Assembly: GCA_026981645.1 (NCBI GenBank) | Contig: JALSII010000006.1 | Span: 162,564 to 226,563 of the forward strand | DNA length: 64,000 nucleotides | Direction: 5' to 3' | Source of the DNA: Hyphomicrobiales bacterium | Lineage (GTDB): Bacteria > Pseudomonadota > Alphaproteobacteria > Rhizobiales > Devosiaceae | Shown here: in pieces, positions 18,405-25,965 of the stretch | Layout: every line of letters begins with the position of its first letter | How positions within the stretch are numbered: the first letter of the stretch is position 1 | Notes under the pieces: model-generated | The model's input: only the letters and a program-made list of their open reading frames with translations | Databases searched by the model: none | Told to the model about the DNA's origin: nothing | Translations under genes and position numbers: made by a program

Positions 18405-19931
18405 TTACTCTTTGGTCCATTTGAGTTTGGGGTTGCGGGCGGCACCGGTTTCATCAAGACGCCGCAAGGGCGCTTTCGTTGGAGCAGAAGTGAAACGCTC
18501 TACCTCTCCGGCGTGGGCCGCACGGGCTAATTCCAGCATGGTGTCGGCAAAGCGGTCCAACTCCTTGAGAGACTCGCTCTCTGTGGGCTCAATGAGCATG
18601 GCACCATGCACAACCAGTGGAAAATACATGGTCATGGGATGGTAGCCCTCGTCGATCATCGCCTTGGAAAAATCCAGCGTGGTGACACCGGTCCCTTTCA
18701 GGAAATCATCATCACACAACACTTCGTGCATGCAGAACTGTTCACCATAGGGCATGGAAAACAATTCAGAGAGACGCGCCTTGAGATAGTTGGCGTTCAA
18801 TACAGCGTCCTTTGCAGCCTGGGCCAGGCCGTCGCCGCCATGGGAAAGCATATAGGTCAGTGCACGAGTGAACATGCCCATCTGCCCGTGAAATGCCGTG
18901 AGACGCCCAAAGGATTTGCTCTCACCCACATGCTCCACCAGTTCGGATCCGCTCGCTGTTTCACGAATAAAGGGCACAGGGGTGAACGGAGCCAGAGCTT
19001 TTGAAAGCACAACCGGCCCGGCGCCGGGCCCGCCCCCGCCATGGGGGGTGGAAAAGGTCTTGTGCAGATTTATGTGCATGGCGTCGATACCAAGGTCGCC
19101 GGGGCAGACCACGCCCATGATGGCGTTGAAGTTGGCTCCGTCGCAGTAAAAGTAGGCCCCGGCAGCATGGATGGCATCAGCAATCTTTTTGACATCCGGC
19201 TCGAACAACCCGCAGGTGTTGGGGTTGGTCAGCATGATTGCCGCCACGTCCGGGGAGAGGGCGTCTTCTACCGCTGAAATATCAACGGTGCCGTCTGCTT
19301 TGGCCGGTATCGCTTTGACCTTGTAGCCCAGAAAGGCGGCCGTTGCGGGGTTGGTGCCGTGGGCGCTCTCCGGCACCAGAACAATAGAGCGGTTCCCCTC
19401 ACCTTTTTCCAGATGGGCGGCTCTGATAGCCATCATGCCGCAAAGCTCCCCATGGGCACCCGCCTTGGGGCTCATGGCCACAGCCGAAGTGCGGGTGAGC
19501 TTCATCAGCCAGCGGGCGAGCTCTGATAGTGCCTCAATGGCGCCCCCGACCGTCGAAACGGGCTGCAGGGGGTGTATTTGAGAAAACCCGGGTAGGCGCG
19601 CCATCTTTTCATTGAGGCGCGGATTGTGTTTCATAGTGCAACTGCCCAGCGGATAAAGCCCGCTGTCAATGGAATAGTTCAGACGGGACAGACGCACATA
19701 ATGACGCATGGTTTCCGGCTCGGACAGGCCGGGCAACTCAAGGGGCGTTGTGCGTTTGAACGCGCCGAGCCGGTGGTTGAACGGCTTGACGTCAGGAAGA
19801 TCAACGCCGGTATGGTCCTTGCTGCCAATTTCAAACAATAGTGGCTCGCTCGGTAACAATGCGGATTCGCTGGCGCTGGAATCGGTAGTTTTTCCGGCGT
19901 TGGTCGGGCGGCCCTGCTGGTTCATGCTCAT
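18405..19931 (-). CDS. gcvPB: glycine dehydrogenase (aminomethyl-transferring) subunit 2
   Basis: 508 aa with YPLGSCTMKHNP, SAHGTNPATA and the PLP-lysine region NLHKTFSTPHGGGGPG. Its start overlaps the gcvPA stop by 4 nt. Confidence 0.95.
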   Translation of the reverse strand: MSMNQQGRPTNAGKTTDSSASESALLPSEPLLFEIGSKDHTGVDLPDVKPFNHRLGAFKRTTPLELPGLSEPETMRHYVRLSRLNYSIDSGLYPLGSCTMKHNPRLNEKMARLPGFSQIHPLQPVSTVGGAIEALSELARWLMKLTRTSAVAMSPKAGAHGELCGMMAIRAAHLEKGEGNRSIVLVPESAHGTNPATAAFLGYKVKAIPAKADGTVDISAVEDALSPDVAAIMLTNPNTCGLFEPDVKKIADAIHAAGAYFYCDGANFNAIMGVVCPGDLGIDAMHINLHKTFSTPHGGGGPGAGPVVLSKALAPFTPVPFIRETASGSELVEHVGESKSFGRLTAFHGQMGMFTRALTYMLSHGGDGLAQAAKDAVLNANYLKARLSELFSMPYGEQFCMHEVLCDDDFLKGTGVTTLDFSKAMIDEGYHPMTMYFPLVVHGAMLIEPTESESLKELDRFADTMLELARAAHAGEVERFTSAPTKAPLRRLDETGAARNPKLKWTKE

Positions 19932-21271
19932 GCCAACTCCTCCCCAAGCGCTAAAACAAGGGCGGTTATGTCCTCATTTGTGGTTAGCTCGGTCGCACTC
20001 AGAACAATCAGGTCTGCCAGTGCGGGCATCTGGGGTTCAAGACGCGAAACAGGCAGACCTCCAAGTATGTTACGGGCAGTCAAAGCCTCAATATGTTTCG
20101 CAGCATTCCCCTTCACCCGGATGGTGAATTCGTTGAAAAAGGTTTTATTGAGCACTTCTACTCCGGGCAGCTTTTCAAGCGCATTGGCAAGGATACAGGC
20201 GTTGGCATGGTTGAGTTCAGCAAGGGCGGTCAATCCCTTTTCACCCAGCATGGAGAGATGAATGGAAAATGCAAGAGCGCACAACCCTGCGTTGGTGCAA
20301 ATATTTGAGGTGGCCTTTTCGCGCCTGATATGCTGCTCGCGGGTAGAAAGCGTCAGCACAAAGCCCCGCTTGCCCTCTGCATCCACGGTCTCGCCACAGA
20401 CTCGACCCGGCATCTGGCGGACAAATTTCTGGCGGGTAGCCAACAGACCCACATAGGGTCCACCAAAACCCAGTGGATTGCCCAAAGATTGGCCTTCCGC
20501 GACCACAATATCGGCTCCCAGTGCTCCGGGCGCTTCAATCAGCCCCAGCGCAATGATTTCAGTAACCACCACGATCAACAGCGCCCCGACCTCATGGGCG
20601 GTGCTGGCAAGTGCTTCAATATCGTGCAGGTTACCGTAAAAATCGGGGGTTTGCACAACAACAGCGGCAGTTTTTTCGTCGATATGTTCGACAAGAGATG
20701 CAACACCCAGAGGATCAGGCGGGAGGCAGATCAAACCCTCATCTTCACTCAGATAGGTAGCCACCACGTCTTTGTATTGGGGGTGCAGGGCGCCTGAGAG
20801 AACAGTTTTTTCGCGCCGGGTCAGGCGTCGCGCCATAAGCACGGCCTCTGCGGTGGCGGTTGAACCATCATACATTGAAGCATTGGCAACCTCCATTCCC
20901 GTCAGATGTGCGACCTGGGTCTGAAACTCAAACAGCATCTGCAAGGTGCCTTGCGATATTTCAGGCTGGTAAGGTGTGTAGGCGGTCAACCATTCCGAGC
21001 GCTGGATGAGGTGATCAACGCTGGCAGGCACGTGGTGGCGATAGGCCCCGGCACCAATAAAAAACGGGCCATCATCGCAGGTGCGATTTTTACCCGCCAA
21101 ACCGCGCATATGATTTTCGACCATGAACTCCGGGCTGTGGGGCGGAAGATCAAGGGGCGTTCGCAACATCAGGGTGTCAGGCACGCTTGAAAAGAGCTCT
21201 TCAGCCGAATCCACGCCGATTGCTGCAAGCATTTTGGCCCGGTCTGAATCAGAGTGGGGAAGATAGCGCAT
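19928..21271 (-). CDS. gcvPA: glycine dehydrogenase (aminomethyl-transferring) subunit 1
   Basis: 447 aa starting MRYLPHSDSDRAKMLAAIGV, with TAYTPYQPEISQGTLQ. Confidence 0.95.
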   Translation of the reverse strand: MRYLPHSDSDRAKMLAAIGVDSAEELFSSVPDTLMLRTPLDLPPHSPEFMVENHMRGLAGKNRTCDDGPFFIGAGAYRHHVPASVDHLIQRSEWLTAYTPYQPEISQGTLQMLFEFQTQVAHLTGMEVANASMYDGSTATAEAVLMARRLTRREKTVLSGALHPQYKDVVATYLSEDEGLICLPPDPLGVASLVEHIDEKTAAVVVQTPDFYGNLHDIEALASTAHEVGALLIVVVTEIIALGLIEAPGALGADIVVAEGQSLGNPLGFGGPYVGLLATRQKFVRQMPGRVCGETVDAEGKRGFVLTLSTREQHIRREKATSNICTNAGLCALAFSIHLSMLGEKGLTALAELNHANACILANALEKLPGVEVLNKTFFNEFTIRVKGNAAKHIEALTARNILGGLPVSRLEPQMPALADLIVLSATELTTNEDITALVLALGEELA

Positions 21272-21313
21272 GGGATGTTCCAGTACTTGATCTTGATCGG
21301 TGCAGCCTCGAAA

Positions 21314-21682
21314 TCAGGCTGTGTGAGTGGTATAGGCCGCTTCGTCCATCAGGTGGGACCGGTCTGCATCGGCAGCGAGTGACACCCTGATGAGCCAACC
21401 CTCTCCCATGGCATCCATATTCACCTTTCCGGGGTCCTCATTCAGGGCTTCATTGACTTCTGTTACGGTACAGTCGAGGGGCGCGTAGATTTCCGAAGCT
21501 GCCTTTACCGATTCCACAACGGCAATTTCATCGCCCTTTTTGAAACTTGTACCCACCGCAGGCAGTTCAACAAATACAATGTCGCCCAATTGCTCCTGAG
21601 CGTAGTTGGAAATTCCGATGGTGGCACTGTCACCTTCAAGGCGTACATATTCATGGTCCTCGGAAAAAAGTGTTTTTGTCAC
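21314..21682 (-). CDS. gcvH: glycine cleavage system H protein
   Basis: GTG at 21682, 8 nt after AAGGA, gives a 122-aa protein: (M)[40 protein letters not shown] with the lipoyl-lysine motif [13 protein letters not shown]. The track ORF extends upstream into the gcvT 3' end. Confidence 0.93.
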   Translation of the reverse strand: MTKTLFSEDHEYVRLEGDSATIGISNYAQEQLGDIVFVELPAVGTSFKKGDEIAVVESVKAASEIYAPLDCTVTEVNEALNEDPGKVNMDAMGEGWLIRVSLAADADRSHLMDEAAYTTHTA

Positions 21683-21719
21683 AAAAAAAATCCTTGCTTG
21701 GAAACAAAATGAATTGGGT

Positions 21720-22865
21720 TCATATTCCGGGTTTTCGGGCGTAGTTCTGGTGTACAAAAGGCATTCTGGTAATGGTTCCGACAACTTCTCGCCCGCGCAC
21801 GAGAGCTGTGACTTTGTTGCCGAGCACCGCCAATTCTGAGGGCACATAGGCCATGGCGATGGGAGCCTTAAGGCTGGGCGCAAAGGTGCCTGAGGTTATA
21901 CGGCCAATTATTTTCCCCTGCACATCAATGATTTGGGCACCTTCACGCACCGGCATGCGCCCTTCAAACAAAAGCCCCACGCGGCGGTTTTCCGGTCCGT
22001 CTTTGATGATCTGGAGCACGCGGGGTGCGCCGACAAAACCGCCATCAATGCGCCTCTGCTTGCCAATGGCAAACAGAAGGTCGGCGGAAACGGGGTCAAT
22101 GGTGTCGTCCATGTCGTGGCCATAAAGGCAAAGGCCCGCTTCCAGCCGCAGGCTGTCACGTGCGCCCAAACCCGCGGGGTTTACGCGCTCATCGGCATAG
22201 AGTTTTTTCGCCAAGCTGATGGCGTCGTTATTTTTGAGAGAAATTTCAAAGCCGTCCTCGCCGGTATACCCGCAGCGAGAAATCTGACACTCAATACCTT
22301 CAATGCTGGCGGGCATTGCCTGCATGAAGGCAAGTTTGAGAGGCGCGTCACTGAGTTCGGCCAGAACCGCGCCAGCAAGCGGACCCTGCAAGGCCAGCAA
22401 AGCCTTGTCCTCATGCAGTTCAAATTCAAGCTCATCTGTGAAAGCTTCTTCAAATATTGCCAGGTCATGGGCTTTTCGCGCTGCGTTGACCACAATGAAC
22501 ATCACCCCATCTGCCGCCTGGCCTTCGGCGGGGCGGGTAACAATGAGATCGTCCTCAATACCACCCTCAGCATTGAGTAAAACCGTATAGCGCATGGAAC
22601 CGGGCTTGAGGTTCTTCAGGTTCCCCGGAAGCAGTGTTTCCAATGCTTGCGATGTCGTCTCAAAGTCACTCCCGGTGACCGTTATCTGTCCCATATGTGA
22701 AACATCGAACAGACTGGCCATCATGCGGGTGTGCATGTGTTCGGCAACAATTCCGGTAAACTGAACTGGTAATTCATATCCCGAAAAATCCACAATGCGT
22801 CCGCCCTGGGAGACATGCAGATCAAAAAGCGCAGTTCTGTTAGGTGGAATACCAGATTGGGCCAT
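21720..22865 (-). CDS. gcvT: glycine cleavage system aminomethyltransferase T
   Basis: 381 aa with [23 protein letters not shown] and a folate-binding C-terminal barrel. Confidence 0.95.
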   Translation of the reverse strand: MAQSGIPPNRTALFDLHVSQGGRIVDFSGYELPVQFTGIVAEHMHTRMMASLFDVSHMGQITVTGSDFETTSQALETLLPGNLKNLKPGSMRYTVLLNAEGGIEDDLIVTRPAEGQAADGVMFIVVNAARKAHDLAIFEEAFTDELEFELHEDKALLALQGPLAGAVLAELSDAPLKLAFMQAMPASIEGIECQISRCGYTGEDGFEISLKNNDAISLAKKLYADERVNPAGLGARDSLRLEAGLCLYGHDMDDTIDPVSADLLFAIGKQRRIDGGFVGAPRVLQIIKDGPENRRVGLLFEGRMPVREGAQIIDVQGKIIGRITSGTFAPSLKAPIAMAYVPSELAVLGNKVTALVRGREVVGTITRMPFVHQNYARKPGI

Positions 22866-22924
22866 TTCACGCCTCCAACAGCAAGGGCACTAAGCGCAGG
22901 GAAAACAACCTGCAACGAGTGCCC

Positions 22925-23099
22925 CCTCTGTCCGGTGGCCTGAGAGATTTCCCGTACGCAACCACGCGCGGTTACTCCTTCGGCGGGAACCTCAGGGGTT
23001 CCTCTTTCCAGAGTTTGACGTTGAACGCGGTCCATCTGCCTGAGAGTTTCCGGGGCGGTTGCTCCTTCGGCGCCGGACAATTGTCCAGTCTCTCCCGCG
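22925..23099 (-). promoter_or_regulatory. tandem glycine riboswitch (two aptamers) in the gcvT leader
   Basis: The minus strand reads, for aptamer 1, cgcGGGAGAGactgg..ccggCGCCGAAGGAGCAAccgcc..ACTCTCAGGCagatgGACCGcg. Aptamer 2 reads CTCTGGAAAGagg..cccGCCGAAGGAGTAAccgcg..ATCTCTCAGGCcaccgGACAGAGg. Both carry the conserved GGAGAG / CCGAAGG.GCAA / CUCAGGC / GGAC elements. Confidence 0.85.
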
Positions 23100-23199
23100 T
23101 TCGGGCGCAATAGTGATGCAAAATTGTCGGCAGGTCAATGCGCCAGCATGACGCGAGGGCAGTTATTGCAATGGAAATCTGCCGGTGCCTTGCGACGGG

Positions 23200-23820
23200 T
23201 CAGGCGTTGCTATCAAAGCCAACCCAGATGACGATGTCTTCACCGCCCAGATAGGGAATAGCCACGTTTTCAACAACCTTGACAAATTCTTCGGACTGGC
23301 TTGGCGGTGTAACAGTCATGGGAATTTCATAGACTTGTGAAAATACGGTGATTTCATCGCGCTCCACGGCAAAACGCAAGGGGAGCGTCATGGAATTGGT
23401 TGAGCTGCTTGGTCCCATAACCAGACGACCAACAACGCCCATCTTGACCGTAATCAGTCCGTTGGAAACAACGCAGTTTCTGGATTGACCGTCAATGACC
23501 GCCTGAAACTGAAGCGCTCGGGCATCTCCAATACGATTGTTGGCATAGGCAAAAATTGCTTCCCCACCATCGCGCACCTTGATGGGGGGGCATTCTGTTG
23601 CAATCGCAGGCAACGCACTGGATTGAAGCTGGGATATTTCATTGGCAGTTGCGGTTGTATCAGCAAGCTGGCTGGCCGTATTGGAGCCATCCCCCACAAG
23701 CGAGCCGACACCACAACCGGCCAGAGTAAGACTGACAACCAGCACCGCAGCGACGCTGCGCGCGGCCAGCGGCAATCTCTTGAGCTTTTCGGGACGGGTG
23801 ACCTGATCTTTGCTGCTCAT
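23200..23820 (-). CDS. lipoprotein of unknown function
   Basis: ATG 23820 gives MSSKDQVTRPEKLKRLPLAARSVAAVLVVSLTLAGCG, a signal peptide plus the lipobox LAGC. The mature part is beta-rich with two further Cys (ECPP, RNC). I recognised no catalytic motif. Confidence 0.68.
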   Translation of the reverse strand: MSSKDQVTRPEKLKRLPLAARSVAAVLVVSLTLAGCGVGSLVGDGSNTASQLADTTATANEISQLQSSALPAIATECPPIKVRDGGEAIFAYANNRIGDARALQFQAVIDGQSRNCVVSNGLITVKMGVVGRLVMGPSSSTNSMTLPLRFAVERDEITVFSQVYEIPMTVTPPSQSEEFVKVVENVAIPYLGGEDIVIWVGFDSNA

Positions 23821-23833
23821 TTCCACAATATTC

Positions 23834-24352
23834 CTATGCACTGCGCAACACTCCCTGGTCCGTCAGAACCGACAAGATAGCTGATGCGCTGGTCTTTGTC
23901 AGCTGTCCCGGTTTGTCATCCACCAACAAATTTTTCACTACACCATCCTTGATGATCATGGCTGAGCGCACAAAGCGCCACCCCAACCCGCCCGCTGACA
24001 AATCCCTTGCCAAGCCCAGCTTCCGGGCGAGTTCCGCCTCAGAGTCAGCGATAAAATCAACTACTGCCAACGCGTCACTGCTTTTGGCCCAAGCCTGGAC
24101 CACATAGTGATCGTTTACTGTCGCACAAACAATTCTGTCGACACCGGCAGCGGAAAAACCCCTGGCACCCGAAACGAACCCAGGCAGATGGTCATTGTGA
24201 CAGGTGGGCGTAAAAGCACCAGGGACACTGAACAAAACAACCGTCCCCTCCCCCAGCCACTGTAACAGATCGACTCGCTCCGTTCCCTGCCCACTCACCC
24301 GGCGCACCTCAAGCGAGGGGAGGCTATCGCCCGGCCTAATCATCTCGCTCAT
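23834..24352 (-). CDS. peroxiredoxin, Prx5-like (AhpC/TSA family)
   Basis: Peroxidatic Cys motif VLFSVPGAFTPTC and no signal peptide. Start is ATG 24352 or 24343; the track start TTG 24373 is less likely. Confidence 0.85.
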   Translation of the reverse strand: MSEMIRPGDSLPSLEVRRVSGQGTERVDLLQWLGEGTVVLFSVPGAFTPTCHNDHLPGFVSGARGFSAAGVDRIVCATVNDHYVVQAWAKSSDALAVVDFIADSEAELARKLGLARDLSAGGLGWRFVRSAMIIKDGVVKNLLVDDKPGQLTKTSASAILSVLTDQGVLRSA

Positions 24353-24399
24353 TTTTGGAACACAACCTTCCAATCACCCCAAGGCCGGCCGATACCAAC

Positions 24400-25224
24400 C
24401 TAACCGCCTATATCTGCCAGAGACACTGAGGTCTGTTCAATTTCATAAGGCCCCAGAGACGACATGAAACTCACTGTAAAGGACTGTTCGTACAGTTCTT
24501 CGTCACCATTTGCACCTAGTTTAGGGAAGGCAATTATTCCCTCTATCTGGCTTTTTTGAGGCGGGCCAAACACGATTGAAGAATTTTGGGTGGCCAATAT
24601 CATGGAAGAGAAATCGATGTTGGAATTGGAGAGCCGGGCCAGTACCTGCTGATTTTTTTGATCAAAAGCAATGGCCTCAATCACATCGGAAGGCTGATCC
24701 CAGGGGATGGGGGTGCGGGCCAACGCCTGGTTTATGCGCAGGGCCTGAGACCGGTCACGTTTCTCCATATTGAGTTCCAGTTCAAAGTTGGCAAAAACGG
24801 GAACACAGATATCCGAACACACACCCAGAACAGCCTGCATGGAAACAAAGGGATTATCCCCCTCAACGCTCAACTCCAGTGGCAGGACAACGTCACCGCG
24901 ATATATATGATCGACATATCCATAGATGACCTCTCGCTTGGGGAACGGCCATATGACCTCAAATTCCTTCACGCCTCTTGAACCCTCGAACGCCAATTGC
25001 AGGGGGATTCCGGTTTCTCCAGGCACGCGCCAATAAGTCCAGGTTGTTTCAGGCATACTGAGTTCAAGGGCAAGCATGGTCTTCCCATTTCTGACCACAT
25101 CCGAAGAAATAAGCCGCAAACTGGCCTGCGGGGCGACTTCCTGCCAGGGAGTTTCACCGGCCTGAACGGGAGCCAGCAAAAAAACAAACACAACAATTGC
25201 CGGAGATGGAAAAAATCTGCACAT
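24400..25224 (-). CDS. exported protein with a DsbD N-terminal (DsbD-alpha-like) domain
   Basis: Signal peptide MCRFFPSPAIVVFVFLLAPVQAGE, then WTYWRVPGETGIPLQL and the paired-Cys motif GVCSDICVP characteristic of the DsbD_N family. There is no membrane (DsbD-beta) domain. Confidence 0.7.
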   Translation of the reverse strand: MCRFFPSPAIVVFVFLLAPVQAGETPWQEVAPQASLRLISSDVVRNGKTMLALELSMPETTWTYWRVPGETGIPLQLAFEGSRGVKEFEVIWPFPKREVIYGYVDHIYRGDVVLPLELSVEGDNPFVSMQAVLGVCSDICVPVFANFELELNMEKRDRSQALRINQALARTPIPWDQPSDVIEAIAFDQKNQQVLARLSNSNIDFSSMILATQNSSIVFGPPQKSQIEGIIAFPKLGANGDEELYEQSFTVSFMSSLGPYEIEQTSVSLADIGG

Positions 25225-25343
25225 AGCCCCATTGTTACAACAGCCAGGATAAAGAAGGAATGACTGGACGATCAGTCCTTCGTGATCGGATTATTTTTTG
25301 TTACCGCTTTTCACAGGCTCACTAAACGCGTAACCTTTCCGGC

Positions 25344-25946
25344 ATGGTGCAAAAATCAAAAAACTTGGATTTTTCTCTAAAGGGCGATTTTCTTGTCGCC
25401 ATGCCACTTATGGACGACGAACGCTTCTTTGAAAGTGTTATCTATGTGGTCGAACACGGTGCGGAAGGCGCGATGGCGTTAATTATCAACCAGACGCTGC
25501 AAGACCTCAGATTTGAAGATGTGTTGCGCGATCTTAATGTGAACGCCCCTGATCGAAAAATTGAAATCAGCAGTAAAATTGCCCGGAGACACGTACTTCG
25601 TGGAGGTCCCGTGGACCGCGCGCGCGGGTTTGTCCTGCACTCTCCCGATTATGACTCAAGCAATGCCGCTCTTGAAGTTACCAAGGATATACACCTTTCC
25701 GCCAATGTAGAGATATTGCAGGCCATTGCCTATGAAGAAAAACCGGAGAAAGCTATTTTTGCGCTGGGTTATTGTGGTTGGAGTCCGGGTCAACTCGAGC
25801 AGGAACTGGCGCAGAATGCCTGGCTTACAGTGCCTTATGATGATGCCCTTCTGTTCGACGTCCCCCTGGAAGCACGCTATGAAAAAGCTCTCAAAATACT
25901 GGGGGTCAACAGAGCATCCCTTAGCGCCTATTCGGGAAACGCCTGA
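25344..25946 (+). CDS. YqgE/AlgH-family protein (UPF0301)
   Basis: 200 aa with FFESVIYVVEHGAEGAMALIINQ, RGGPVDRARGFVLH and GYCGWSPGQLEQELAQNAWL. Confidence 0.85.
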   Translation: MVQKSKNLDFSLKGDFLVAMPLMDDERFFESVIYVVEHGAEGAMALIINQTLQDLRFEDVLRDLNVNAPDRKIEISSKIARRHVLRGGPVDRARGFVLHSPDYDSSNAALEVTKDIHLSANVEILQAIAYEEKPEKAIFALGYCGWSPGQLEQELAQNAWLTVPYDDALLFDVPLEARYEKALKILGVNRASLSAYSGNA

Positions 25947-25965
25947 GCTGTTAAACACTTTGATA

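Noticed and set aside
21933-22580. 215-aa plus-strand ORF
   Set aside because: It is antisense to gcvT, which is unambiguous. A shadow ORF.
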